A stretch of 64,000 nt of DNA from the sequence record PV419677.1; one strand, written 5' to 3'. The number at the start of each line of letters is the position of its first letter. Within the stretch, counting starts at the first letter, position 1. Positions 27,599-37,231 of this stretch are shown here, one piece after another. The position numbers were made by a program, and so were the translations under genes. This stretch comes from a phage. The notes under the pieces are model-generated. The model saw only the letters and a list, made by a program, of their open reading frames with translations, had not been told where the DNA came from and made no database searches.

Positions 27599-29431
27599 TT
27601 ATAGTGTTGCATTCATCCAATCTTTACGCTGCTGGGAATCTTTACCGAAGAGCATTTCGAACAGTTCTTTCCAGTTGTCGGGCAATTGAACAACTTCGAA
27701 TACCGGTTCGAGCAATACGCGTTTGTACTCGGCATCTTCCAGAGAACCAAGTCCCTTTATATATCTGATAGTATGCTTCGGAAGTTTATCCTTAGCTTCT
27801 TCATAATCAGGAAGAGAATAGAACCATTCTTGTTTATCTTTGAGCTGCGCAATAATAACAGGAGTTTTCACAAAGCGAATTCGTCCTTCATGGAACAGCT
27901 CTGGCCAGTTACTGAAAAACGCCAATAACGATGGATAGATACTACCAACACCATCCACATCCGCATCTGTCATGATAGCAATGTTTCGGTAATTCATATT
28001 CTCGGCCGGTTGTCCAATCGTTAAACCAGTAATCGCACACACATCAAAGGCTTCGGCGTTCTTCATAACGTCAACAGCTTTCAGACCCCATGTGTTTTTG
28101 AACTTACCACGTAACGGATAAGCACCTTGCAATTCACGGTCGCGAACCTTGATAAATGGCCCGGTTGCAGAATCACCTTCGGTCAGGAATAGAGTCGTTT
28201 CCAGCTTATCATTGCCCCATTCGTTGGCCTTGATATGCTTTTGCACCTTGGCCTTTGAAGCTTTCTTATTCGCCTTGGTCTCTGCTGCTTTCTCTGCAGC
28301 CAATTTACGGGCTAATGCAGCTTCAACAATCGGCATAATCAGCGGTTCATTTTTCAGAATAGCTTGCGCGATTTTCTTGGCATCAATCTTAATGTGATTT
28401 CGAATTTCACCAGCTGGAGAAGTCAGTCGCTCCTTAGTCTGGGAATCAAATCGCATGTTGCTCATATCGCGGATGAACATAAGCATGGTGAGGCATTCTT
28501 TAACTCGTGCCTTGGTCACCTCGATGCCTTTATATTTGCGCTTAATGGCCGGCTGAAGGTGTTCACAGATATCATCCATAACACATTCAACGTGGTGTCC
28601 ACCATTCTTTGTATGAATGTTGTTGACATAAGTCAGCTGTCGAAAACCGTCCGGGCTAGTCGTAAAGGCCATCGATACTGTATCCGTTTCCTGGATAACA
28701 ACTTCGGTTCCGAATTGCTTGGCGAACTTCTTGAAATTGCCATCAACCTTTTTACCATTAAAGGTAAACTGAATATCCGGATAAACAACCGCAAGAGTCT
28801 GCAGACGGTCCAATGTAATATCCAGATAAATCTGGGACAGGCTATTTTCTTCAAAGTGACTGAAGTCCGGAACAAAAATAACAGTTGTACCTTTACCCTT
28901 AGATTTCTTGGTAGACCAACCTTTGTTTTCCATACCATTGGAGCAGTTAACGGTGATTTCATTTGTGCCGTCGGCAGTAATCCCGGTGAACAATACAGAG
29001 AAAATATTAGTCAGAGAAGACCCGACGCCATTCATCCCGCCAGTTTTACGTTCAGCATCATCACCGAAGTTACCACCTGCTTTTGGAATAGTCCATGCTG
29101 CAACAGGGCCAGGGATTTGTTCACCGTTTTGGTCTGTAACCATTGCTTGTGGAATACCACGGCCATTATCAGAAACCGAAATCTGATTATCTTTAATTTG
29201 GACATCAATTTTATTGGCAAATTTAAAACTGGTGCGAATTGCTTCATCAACAGAGTTATCGATAATTTCATCAATCAGTTTTACAATACCAGGAACATAG
29301 CTTACGGACTTATATTCACCAAACAAGAATCGCTCATGCGCTTCATTTGAACTGGAACCAATATACATCCCGGAACGTTTTTTGATATGCTCGACGTCCG
29401 AGAGTACTTTAATTTCATTATTAATCATCAT
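27599..29431 (-). CDS. 39: DNA topoisomerase II large subunit gp39 (unsplit, includes gene-60 equivalent)
   Basis: 610 aa; GyrB-like ATPase N-terminus; single ORF rather than T4's 39 + 60. Confidence 0.9.
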   Translation of the reverse strand: MMINNEIKVLSDVEHIKKRSGMYIGSSSNEAHERFLFGEYKSVSYVPGIVKLIDEIIDNSVDEAIRTSFKFANKIDVQIKDNQISVSDNGRGIPQAMVTDQNGEQIPGPVAAWTIPKAGGNFGDDAERKTGGMNGVGSSLTNIFSVLFTGITADGTNEITVNCSNGMENKGWSTKKSKGKGTTVIFVPDFSHFEENSLSQIYLDITLDRLQTLAVVYPDIQFTFNGKKVDGNFKKFAKQFGTEVVIQETDTVSMAFTTSPDGFRQLTYVNNIHTKNGGHHVECVMDDICEHLQPAIKRKYKGIEVTKARVKECLTMLMFIRDMSNMRFDSQTKERLTSPAGEIRNHIKIDAKKIAQAILKNEPLIMPIVEAALARKLAAEKAAETKANKKASKAKVQKHIKANEWGNDKLETTLFLTEGDSATGPFIKVRDRELQGAYPLRGKFKNTWGLKAVDVMKNAEAFDVCAITGLTIGQPAENMNYRNIAIMTDADVDGVGSIYPSLLAFFSNWPELFHEGRIRFVKTPVIIAQLKDKQEWFYSLPDYEEAKDKLPKHTIRYIKGLGSLEDAEYKRVLLEPVFEVVQLPDNWKELFEMLFGKDSQQRKDWMNATL

Positions 29432-29471
29432 CTTTCCTCTTGTGTATGGAGGTATTATAAGTCACATATTT

Positions 29472-29495
29472 TAAAGCAAAAAGGCCCGAAGGCCT
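29472..29495 (-). terminator. rho-independent terminator
   Basis: GGCC-UUCG-GGCC hairpin plus U-run downstream of lipoprotein gene. Confidence 0.5.
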
Positions 29496-29755
29496 TATTC
29501 AAATCGGATGGTACTGTTCTTGAATAGCAAACCAGAACAAACAGTTCCTTCAACTTTCTTACCAGTTGGGCCCACGGCCGTAAAGCCTGTATGTTGGAAA
29601 TCATCTTTACCGCAAGAGAACCAATTATATCCGGTGATTTGGATTTGCTCATAGCCGTTTGCATCTAATACACGAATGGCGTTATCTGCATCAGTACAAC
29701 CAGCTAATGAAACCGCCAGCACCAGCGCGGCAATAGAACGATTAATGTATTTCAT
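29495..29755 (-). CDS. putative lipoprotein
   Basis: 86 aa; signal peptide with lipobox LAGC. Confidence 0.6.
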   Translation of the reverse strand: MKYINRSIAALVLAVSLAGCTDADNAIRVLDANGYEQIQITGYNWFSCGKDDFQHTGFTAVGPTGKKVEGTVCSGLLFKNSTIRFE

Positions 29756-29761
29756 AATTTC

Positions 29762-29938
29762 TCACTTAGTCAGCAGGTCGTAAAAACCGCCATTAACATG
29801 TTTAGGGGCCGAGACTAACCGAACAGCCAGCCGATGGCAATCAGGACAAACATCATTATCTCTTTCAGAGATTTTCTTGATTTTTTCGTATTCTTTCGCG
29901 CAGTCATCAGATTGGCATTTGTAATCATAAAGTGGCAT
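29762..29938 (-). CDS. FmdB-like zinc-ribbon protein (58 aa)
   Basis: MPLYDYKC...C(17)...CPDC with N-terminus like FmdB family MPIYEYxC; AAGGA Shine-Dalgarno; below ORF-track cutoff. Confidence 0.45.
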   Translation of the reverse strand: MPLYDYKCQSDDCAKEYEKIKKISERDNDVCPDCHRLAVRLVSAPKHVNGGFYDLLTK

Positions 29939-29939
29939 G

Positions 29940-30311
29940 TTATTCCTTAAAGTGTGCTTTCAACATCTGGTAAACGGTCCAGGCTTCGGAGTTATTAGAG
30001 ATGGTGATTTTAGTCAAAGGGAATTCGCTTGGCTCAGATGGAGCCGCGTCTTCGCATTCATCTTCAGTATCGTCATCTTTTTCTTCTTCAAAGAAATGGA
30101 ATTCATCTTCCTTTATGAATAGGCTCACAAATTCACCAGTTGATAATTCCATTTTATACACATCACCATCTTCAATTCTGACTGGTCTAAATCCCTCGCC
30201 ATTGATTATAGCATTGGCTATATTATCATTATCTGTGCATAACAAACGGAATCTGCTTTCAGCAACATTATCTTTAAAATAATACCACTTATCAGTTTCA
30301 AATTTAGACAT
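29940..30311 (-). CDS. hypothetical acidic protein
   Basis: 123 aa from ATG at 30311 (AAGGAG Shine-Dalgarno); acidic stretch EEEKDDDTEDECEDAAPSEPSE. Confidence 0.5.
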   Translation of the reverse strand: MSKFETDKWYYFKDNVAESRFRLLCTDNDNIANAIINGEGFRPVRIEDGDVYKMELSTGEFVSLFIKEDEFHFFEEEKDDDTEDECEDAAPSEPSEFPLTKITISNNSEAWTVYQMLKAHFKE

Positions 30312-30528
30312 TATAAATCTCCTTCCAAAAATCCGTACCATTTTCTGATTCTTCGCGGAACAACGCATAACTAGGTAATTTTGCGTCTTTGTCTGCATAC
30401 ACATAAATGATATCAGTGGTGCAAAGAAATTCATTGATGTTTTTCTTCACAATCACTTTATCACTTTCGGCAGTGTCCCAAAACTCTTCAGCGGTCAGGG
30501 AAGTGGTCACACAATCTGCATTAAACAT
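30304..30528 (-). CDS. hypothetical protein
   Basis: 74 aa; GAGGAGA Shine-Dalgarno. Confidence 0.5.
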   Translation of the reverse strand: MFNADCVTTSLTAEEFWDTAESDKVIVKKNINEFLCTTDIIYVYADKDAKLPSYALFREESENGTDFWKEIYNV

Positions 30529-30576
30529 AATATTCTCCTCATTGATAGGGCAAAATTACCCTATCATTTTTATAAT

Positions 30577-31131
30577 TTAGGCAAAATGGATATCAGCATA
30601 CTCAACGATAAAGCTCTCAGGAACAACCTTAAAGGTTCCAAGGAACACGATATTATACAGTTTGACACCTTCTTCAACCCACTGGTCTGTGATGTAACCA
30701 GACATGCTAGTGGTTTCATAAGTCGGACCATACATGCAATTGTATTCAAACGGTTTAGGTGAAACAAAAAAGACACCTTTGCCCAATTTCCATTTAAAAT
30801 CAACCCCAACATGAGACTGGTCAATGGTTTCAACGTCTTGAGCAATTACGCCACGGATATCATTGCTTTCGCACACATATCCATCATGGGATTCAACTTC
30901 CTCAGACACAGGAGCGATATATCCAGTAAATTCGGTTGATTCCAGGAATTTAGGATGCACATAAGCCAATTGAGTTTCAGTCTGACCATTTTTAGGAATG
31001 ATACGCACTTTAACTTCTTTAATTCCACCTACTAAATTAGTGCGAAGACCCACAACCTCAACAAAACGACCAGCAGCTTTAGAACGAGATTCTTTAGAAA
31101 CACGTACAATATCACCAGCTTCAACTTTCAT
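30577..31131 (-). CDS. hypothetical protein, paralog of 31211..31966 (shared C-terminal domain)
   Basis: 184 aa; C-terminus YITDQWVEEGVKLYNIVFLGTFKVVPESFIVEY aligns with GWVTDQWIEDGVELLNVVHAGEFTVVPRSMVVE. Confidence 0.6.
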   Translation of the reverse strand: MKVEAGDIVRVSKESRSKAAGRFVEVVGLRTNLVGGIKEVKVRIIPKNGQTETQLAYVHPKFLESTEFTGYIAPVSEEVESHDGYVCESNDIRGVIAQDVETIDQSHVGVDFKWKLGKGVFFVSPKPFEYNCMYGPTYETTSMSGYITDQWVEEGVKLYNIVFLGTFKVVPESFIVEYADIHFA

Positions 31132-31162
31132 AATTTTCTCTCTTGGTTAATAAGTTTATTCT

Positions 31163-31202
31163 CCAGTGGGGTCATTATACTCTGACCCCAAGAGTTTGTA
31201 CA
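31163..31202 (-). promoter_or_regulatory. early promoter cassette (type A)
   Basis: 44 bp identical to 20096..20138. Confidence 0.55.
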
Positions 31203-31210
31203 CTTTAAAT

Positions 31211-31966
31211 TTAATTAAAAATTTCAACAACCATAGAACGTGGTACAACAGTAAATTCACCAGCATGGACAACGTTCAGGAGTTCAACACCATCTTCAAT
31301 CCACTGGTCTGTTACCCAACCACAAATGGAACTATTAAATGGGCGTTTGATTTGAACTGGTTTGCATAACAAGTCAATAGGGTCACCCAGTTCGCTAACT
31401 TCTTCCAGCAGTACAGATTCACGCGGATAAAGGATAGCTTCAAGATTGTCACCTGATTCATTGACCGCAGTAAATTCAAAGATGCTTTGGTGATTGTGGT
31501 ACTTAACTGTTTTAACGGTAAATGGAGCAAATCCAAAAATACCTTTCAGTACCCGCCACCCGGCATGCATTGCAACAGTCTTTCCAAACTGACTGGCATC
31601 TTCAATAAGCTGATAGGTTTTACCAACTTTGATAGGAGTTTCTTCAACTTCCTTGAAGAGCTCAATCTCAGCTTCATAAACAATAATTTTTTCTACTTCA
31701 TTAGTATCAAGGCGACGTGCATGCAGAATATATGCGTTATAAAACCAGTTACTTTTTACAAAAGTTTCAACAATAAATTCACCTTCACCTAAAGCATCAG
31801 CCAGAGTATTATACCCAGAAATCATAGCTGCGTTTTGAGTAATAGGTTTAACCAGATGATAAGTTTTGTTAATTTCAATAGTCATATTTTGTTTCTCAAG
31901 TTTTAATGGTTTAATTGGGCGAACATACATACTTACAACATCAAAGTCAATAAATTCTGGTTTCAT
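31211..31966 (-). CDS. hypothetical protein, paralog of 30577..31131
   Basis: 251 aa; shares C-terminal domain with neighbour. Confidence 0.6.
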   Translation of the reverse strand: MKPEFIDFDVVSMYVRPIKPLKLEKQNMTIEINKTYHLVKPITQNAAMISGYNTLADALGEGEFIVETFVKSNWFYNAYILHARRLDTNEVEKIIVYEAEIELFKEVEETPIKVGKTYQLIEDASQFGKTVAMHAGWRVLKGIFGFAPFTVKTVKYHNHQSIFEFTAVNESGDNLEAILYPRESVLLEEVSELGDPIDLLCKPVQIKRPFNSSICGWVTDQWIEDGVELLNVVHAGEFTVVPRSMVVEIFN

Positions 31967-32223
31967 TATGCAACCTTATTGAACATCGCCAGTTGGTTAG
32001 GTTGTACAACCATAATTTCACGACGACCTTTTGCGTTTGACACGTTCAAGTAGATACCTTTGTTCATGTCTGTTTCTTTATCATATACCGCAATTTTATT
32101 GACAGTAAAGATTTTACCACGAATATTTGCAAATGCACATTCAAACGCTTCAGTCAGACCTGCTTCAGCAGCTTGAAGAGCAGACATTTCATATTGTTGG
32201 CCAATTTCAAAAGAAGTAATCAT
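31966..32223 (-). CDS. hypothetical protein
   Basis: 85 aa from ATG at 32223; upstream in-frame residues are translated leader. Confidence 0.45.
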   Translation of the reverse strand: MITSFEIGQQYEMSALQAAEAGLTEAFECAFANIRGKIFTVNKIAVYDKETDMNKGIYLNVSNAKGRREIMVVQPNQLAMFNKVA

Positions 32224-32229
32224 TTTGTT

Positions 32230-32285
32230 ATCCTCATCAGTAGTTGATGAGGTGATTATGTCTCTTTCCATTGGCCTTGTACACT
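32230..32285 (-). promoter_or_regulatory. early promoter cassette (type A) with leader stem-loop
   Basis: GTGTACA -35; leader CCUCAUCA-ACUAC-UGAUGAGG hairpin sequesters Shine-Dalgarno. Confidence 0.5.
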
Positions 32286-32290
32286 ACTTT

Positions 32291-32974
32291 TTATCGTTTT
32301 TTCGGTAAAGATAACGGGTCTGCATCTTCTTCGGAAGGAACTTCATCCAAACCAAGAGCATAGCGCTGGGCATACTTAAGCATCAAAATATCTTTCGCGC
32401 AGTCATGCACCGAATCGTGCGCCACAAATCCGTCTAAAGTCCCCTTCGGTAATGGAGTTTCACACATCTTACGGACGAGTGACAGGGCTTCGATTGCTGT
32501 TCTGATATCTCGCTGGTTCCAGAATACAACCGGCTCCAGGCCATAGGTATTCAATTCACGCTCGGGAATACCCTCATTGCGCTGTAGGTCACGGATAAGG
32601 TCAACAAACAACGGGAAGTCAAAAGACATTCCACGACACCACATAAGGCTTTCGTATTTGTTAATTCCATTACCATTCAGATAATCAATTGCCTGTTGGA
32701 TACCGGTCAGAGTATCAACATCTTGCGCAGAAGGAGCCAAGTTAACACGGGCTTCTGCTGATTGCTTTTTCCACCAACCCATGGTTGTTGTATCGAACAG
32801 ACGCTTACCTTTTTGGTATTCAAGGCTAAACTTGATACGTTTGCCGCGATTAACCAGGGTTTCGAATGATTCCACAATAACAGGGTCAGATTCGAATGTA
32901 ATCAGGGCCAGGTCAATAACGGCTCCCTTCGAGCCGTTTCCCAGAGTTTCAAAGTCAATAATAGCATCAATCAT
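32291..32974 (-). CDS. dexA: exonuclease A (DnaQ-like 3'-5' exonuclease)
   Basis: 227 aa, same length as T4 DexA; MIDAIIDFETLG exo motif I; synteny next to dda. Confidence 0.8.
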   Translation of the reverse strand: MIDAIIDFETLGNGSKGAVIDLALITFESDPVIVESFETLVNRGKRIKFSLEYQKGKRLFDTTTMGWWKKQSAEARVNLAPSAQDVDTLTGIQQAIDYLNGNGINKYESLMWCRGMSFDFPLFVDLIRDLQRNEGIPERELNTYGLEPVVFWNQRDIRTAIEALSLVRKMCETPLPKGTLDGFVAHDSVHDCAKDILMLKYAQRYALGLDEVPSEEDADPLSLPKKR

Positions 32975-33206
32975 CGCACATCTCTTTTAATTTTTGAATT
33001 TCACCAGCAACATAGTCGGAGATAAAAATCCCTGGCTCTTCATTGTTAAAATATTCAATCGCGGCCATACGTTTCCGAATAAGATTCAGTTCCAGCAAAA
33101 CGTAATTACCCTGCACGACGATAGTCGGATTATCTTCGAAAAATTCAACCGCGTCCTGAATACCATAGATAAGATTATCTAAATCTTCTTTATGTACTTT
33201 ATACAT
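32967..33206 (-). CDS. hypothetical protein
   Basis: about 80 aa; start uncertain (track ORF begins at 33242). Confidence 0.35.
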   Translation of the reverse strand: MYKVHKEDLDNLIYGIQDAVEFFEDNPTIVVQGNYVLLELNLIRKRMAAIEYFNNEEPGIFISDYVAGEIQKLKEMCDD

Positions 33207-34527
33207 AATATGCGTCGTACCTCGCTCGTGTGATTCCAACATAAGCCAACTGGCTCGCTAATGAAGCTTCGGCCATATGGATGCATGGAGTATAGATGAA
33301 TGCTTTGTCCACTGAAACGCCTTGGGCCTTGTGGATTGTACTGACCGGAAGAGCACGGACTTTCAAGAAGGTCCTGCGCGCTTTCCAGAAGTCTTTCCAC
33401 TCTGGACGTTTACCAGCGGCTTTCATCTGTTTGTATGTGTCAGCAACTTTCGCCAGATATGCCTGGAATTTTGGTTGCTGGTCTTCTGGTAAAACTTTAA
33501 TGCGGTCAACCTGATATTCTTCATCTTCATCAATTGACTCAACTTCCAGGTCCCAGTAATTAATCACTAACTGGTGCGATTCGCCTTTACAACGGAGAAT
33601 GGTGGAAGTGTATTTGCAATCCTTGATGCGAACCAACTGACCATTATTAAAAATGGTTTCGCTGAATTTCTTACCTTCAAATTCCAGCTCTTTCATGTGC
33701 GGCTCTTGCATAACCAGGACTTCATACGGTAAAAATGCTTTATCCGTTTCATAGAGCTTGCGACGAATAATATTGTTCAGTTTTTCAACTGATTTATTCG
33801 TGTATGCATACATCCTGTTTTCCATCAACATATCAGCATCTTTTACAATACTGAAATAGTTTACCAGGAAATCCTTTAAAGCGGTTTGTGAGGTGAAACC
33901 TTGCACGCCATGACCTTCATACATACAGTCACGGAACCAGCCGCCATTGCGAATTTCTGTCGCCACTTCAATGATAGGAGCATTGCTTCGCATGACCTCA
34001 GTCAGATGAATCTGTTTGAACTTAGGATGCGTAAAGAACGGGCTTATCTTTTGCTGTGTGCTTCCCGGGTCAACTGGCTGCAGCTGGTGCATATCACCAA
34101 TTCCAAGAATAGTGCACCATTTAGGAACAGAGTTAAGAATAATCTTAAACAGAGACCCGTCATACATACTTGCTTCATCACAAACCAGAACATTGCATTT
34201 TGACATGTCAGGCATTTCGCGCTGTTCAAAAACGTTTTGGTCTTCATATGTCGTTGGGTTAATCTTCAAGATACTATGGATTGTATTCGCTGTTTGACCA
34301 GACAATTTAGATAAAACTTTTTTCGCCTGGTGAGTTGGTGCAGCAAGCACAATTCCCATAACTCCATTACGCACTAAGTGGTCAATGACAAATTTTGTCA
34401 GAGTGGTCTTACCTGTGCCAGCTGGACCATTCAGAGTGATACATTCCCCTGAACGTCGCTGAATAGCTTCAGTAATATAATCAAAAGCTTCTTTTTGTCC
34501 TGTGTTCAAGTCTTCAAATTTAATCAT
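33199..34527 (-). CDS. dda: Dda DNA helicase
   Basis: 442 aa (T4 439 aa); Walker A GPAGTGKTTL; long match to recalled Dda. Confidence 0.9.
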   Translation of the reverse strand: MIKFEDLNTGQKEAFDYITEAIQRRSGECITLNGPAGTGKTTLTKFVIDHLVRNGVMGIVLAAPTHQAKKVLSKLSGQTANTIHSILKINPTTYEDQNVFEQREMPDMSKCNVLVCDEASMYDGSLFKIILNSVPKWCTILGIGDMHQLQPVDPGSTQQKISPFFTHPKFKQIHLTEVMRSNAPIIEVATEIRNGGWFRDCMYEGHGVQGFTSQTALKDFLVNYFSIVKDADMLMENRMYAYTNKSVEKLNNIIRRKLYETDKAFLPYEVLVMQEPHMKELEFEGKKFSETIFNNGQLVRIKDCKYTSTILRCKGESHQLVINYWDLEVESIDEDEEYQVDRIKVLPEDQQPKFQAYLAKVADTYKQMKAAGKRPEWKDFWKARRTFLKVRALPVSTIHKAQGVSVDKAFIYTPCIHMAEASLASQLAYVGITRARYDAYYV

Positions 34528-34823
34528 GCCAATTTTACTCGCTTAACATATAAAGTATCTAAAATTAATTTCAATTCTCGTGCGTGTTCTTCAGTAGGAA
34601 AAACAGTTTTTGTTTCCCACTTATCAAACCACCATTTTCTAGGTGTGCATACTGTTTCAATACGTCCCATGCGTAAATAGCGCCTTGTAGTATATGAATA
34701 GTTGGCAAGTTCATATTCTGCGCCCACTTTTGTGGTGTATAAGGTAACCTTTCCATCATACTCCAATGGGTGTTCAAAACCATCTTTATCTTTGTGGACC
34801 AGCACATATGCGTAGTACATCAC
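34524..34823 (-). CDS. hypothetical protein
   Basis: 99 aa; stop/start overlap with dda. Confidence 0.5.
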   Translation of the reverse strand: MMYYAYVLVHKDKDGFEHPLEYDGKVTLYTTKVGAEYELANYSYTTRRYLRMGRIETVCTPRKWWFDKWETKTVFPTEEHARELKLILDTLYVKRVKLA

Positions 34824-34824
34824 A

Positions 34825-35571
34825 TTAACCTCTAATCAGTTTAAAAATTGACGCGTTCAAAGGCAGACCACGTTTCAGTTTTAATTTACCAATAAAACCA
34901 ATCTTCTCAAAACGCTCAAGACCTTGAATGATTTTATCATAGCAATCAAAAAGCGTTTCAGCATTAGTTAATTTCTTGGTAACTTTCCAGTCATTACCTT
35001 TGAGCAAGACGTTCAATTTAGTAAGCTCATGACCTTCCGCAATACGGGAACCATCAATGCGAGCCTTCAGAGCAACCATTTTTAATTGGTTTTCTTTGGA
35101 CTGCTCTGATTTACTCATTTGAGCATAATGCTTAACGCGATTCTCACGTTTGTGTTGGATGTTCTTGATATGGGTATATGACTTTTTAATCTGTTCCCAT
35201 TTCTCTGCAGACAGATTTAACTTTTCAATCTTCTTGACAGATGGACGAGCAATTTTTACAGCAACATCATCACGACGTTGTTTAAGCTCATCCAGGGACC
35301 AATCAGAACGCATAGTGTTGTATTTCTTTTTAACAGGAATAACATTACCTTTGATATAACCAATGTCATTGTTAAAACGCTCTAATGATAGCTTCTCACC
35401 TTCAATAGAGTTATTAAATGTTTCACCAGAATAAGCACAAACTTTTTGGTCAAGAATGTTAACCAGGTAATTGAAATCCAGGTTAAAGTCCTTGCCACGA
35501 CGTTTAGCAGAAGCTTGAGTGTGTTCCAGGCGACGTTTAACTTTCAGCGTTTTGGTTTTTGATAAAGTCAT
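34825..35571 (-). CDS. hypothetical basic protein (possible Srd by position)
   Basis: 248 aa; lysine-rich; position equals T4 srd; no sequence-level confirmation. Confidence 0.5.
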   Translation of the reverse strand: MTLSKTKTLKVKRRLEHTQASAKRRGKDFNLDFNYLVNILDQKVCAYSGETFNNSIEGEKLSLERFNNDIGYIKGNVIPVKKKYNTMRSDWSLDELKQRRDDVAVKIARPSVKKIEKLNLSAEKWEQIKKSYTHIKNIQHKRENRVKHYAQMSKSEQSKENQLKMVALKARIDGSRIAEGHELTKLNVLLKGNDWKVTKKLTNAETLFDCYDKIIQGLERFEKIGFIGKLKLKRGLPLNASIFKLIRG

Positions 35572-35595
35572 GATATTTTTCTCATCTTACGGACG

Positions 35596-35648
35596 ATTTG
35601 GTAACTCAGTATGGATTCATTATACACCATCCATTAGGTGTGTACACT
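35596..35648 (-). promoter_or_regulatory. early promoter cassette (type B leader)
   Basis: GTGTACA -35, TATAAT -10, conserved type B leader. Confidence 0.5.
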
Positions 35649-35706
35649 ACTTTTTCGCCTTTAACGCTTTTATTTTTACTGTGTATAATGGTTCTAAGGT
35701 CTTTGG

Positions 35707-36321
35707 TTAGTTCAAAACAGTCAAATGCCAAACAGTATACAGGTTATTCAATGGGTGTGTTTCAATCAAGTCTACGCGGAGCGTAGTCCCAGCGGGAAAC
35801 ATAAACTCATCTTCATCATTAACCAGGTGCAAGTTTGACTTCCTGGTTGCTTCTGGATATGCACCATTGAACTCTTCAGGAGGAGCACCACAAATCATTT
35901 TGAAGATTGCTTCCTGATAGTTATACGCATATGGTGCATTGTTTATGCAGAAAATATTCCTTGTTCCATAGAAACTGTATGATGCGAAATTTCTTGCAAC
36001 CTGCCAGTCCCTGGAAAAACTCATTACACGATTGAATTCAATTGTTGCCCCAACATATCTTAAATCTTCCAGGTATTCCATAGTTTTCTTTGATATACCA
36101 CGGAACAACGCCGCTGGCGGGGCAGTATTCAGATTGTTGCGGATAATCCTGGACAAGTCTTCTTGAATCAGGTCAGGTTTATTTTCCATACACTGCCAGA
36201 GTACTGATTGCTCATTATCTGTATAAAGAGCATCAATCTCCGCTTGACATTGGTTACGAAAAGACTCACTAGAAGCGGCGGTGTCAATAATTCCATTCAA
36301 AACGTCATCAGTGTATAGCAT
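35707..36321 (-). CDS. ADP-ribosyltransferase, ModA/ModB family
   Basis: 204 aa from ATG at 36321; R-S-E triad candidates (LFRG, SFSRD, DEDEF). Confidence 0.6.
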   Translation of the reverse strand: MLYTDDVLNGIIDTAASSESFRNQCQAEIDALYTDNEQSVLWQCMENKPDLIQEDLSRIIRNNLNTAPPAALFRGISKKTMEYLEDLRYVGATIEFNRVMSFSRDWQVARNFASYSFYGTRNIFCINNAPYAYNYQEAIFKMICGAPPEEFNGAYPEATRKSNLHLVNDEDEFMFPAGTTLRVDLIETHPLNNLYTVWHLTVLN

Positions 36322-36329
36322 TTTATTAT

Positions 36330-36382
36330 CCTCATCAGTAGTTGATAGGAACATCTTAACGTGTCTTATTGTTCTTGTACAC
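36330..36382 (-). promoter_or_regulatory. early promoter cassette (type A)
   Basis: GTGTACA-N17-TAAGAT and AUCAACUACUGAUGAGGA leader. Confidence 0.5.
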
Positions 36383-36926
36383 AGTCAAGAACATAATAAT
36401 CATCAATAAATCCAGCATCAACTACCACGAATTTCTGGTCAACTGGAACAAACCATTCAAGCTCGGAATCAATCATGTCCATGTATTCTTCACGCCTTAA
36501 TGTAGCTGCCCGGTCGGAACCAGAAGCTGTATTGAAGAATTCAAGTGGAACATCAAGTGCGATTTTGCGCATCGCATCATGGTAACAAAAAGCTTTGGTC
36601 TGATTCAATCTGACGATAGTCCTAGTCACATATTCCATTGCAGCAAAATCCCTGGCAATACCATAGTCTTCTGTAAAGGAGGTTATCCGTCCAAATTCAA
36701 AAGGTTGCATTGATTCTTTTGCTTCATCTAACAAATCAATCTCTTGCTGGGTTACTCCGCGCCACAAGACTGTATCGGGTATAGACAACCTTGACTTGAT
36801 GATTGAGTTGACATTTGAATGCAAGGTCTTATCAACCTTTGATGTGCGGCATTCAAATAATGAAGCTATCTCCATTTCACTAAATTTTAACTGGTTGGGT
36901 TCGGTATCAGATTTGATGATGTTCAT
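36366..36926 (-). CDS. ADP-ribosyltransferase, ModA/ModB family
   Basis: 186 aa; LWRG, SFTED, ELEWF triad candidates; tandem with second ADP-ribosyltransferase as in T4 modB-modA. Confidence 0.6.
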   Translation of the reverse strand: MNIIKSDTEPNQLKFSEMEIASLFECRTSKVDKTLHSNVNSIIKSRLSIPDTVLWRGVTQQEIDLLDEAKESMQPFEFGRITSFTEDYGIARDFAAMEYVTRTIVRLNQTKAFCYHDAMRKIALDVPLEFFNTASGSDRAATLRREEYMDMIDSELEWFVPVDQKFVVVDAGFIDDYYVLDCVQEQ

Positions 36927-36982
36927 AATGGTCTCTCTGTTGTAAGAAAGACCATTATGACATTAGGAGGGGAGTAAGTAAA

Positions 36983-37231
36983 CTACTTAAATACTCCAAG
37001 TGGAACGCCAAAGACTGCAATGTCTACGGCCATACCAATCGGAGATTGATATGATGGAGATTGATATGATGAGTAAGAACTTTTCGATTTTATCGGGGTT
37101 TCGACTTTAATTGTCTCGGATTCAGTCTTAAGCCTTTGTAAACGATTAATTTTTTGTTGCTCGATTTCCTTATGAGCATGTTTACGGTCGATATCCAGCG
37201 CCGATGTGGGAATATTTGTTAACCAGTTCAT
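36983..37231 (-). CDS. hypothetical protein with Ser/Tyr-rich repeat
   Basis: 82 aa from ATG at 37231 (ATGA overlap with upstream ORF); SSYSSYQSPSYQSP repeat. Confidence 0.4.
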   Translation of the reverse strand: MNWLTNIPTSALDIDRKHAHKEIEQQKINRLQRLKTESETIKVETPIKSKSSYSSYQSPSYQSPIGMAVDIAVFGVPLGVFK

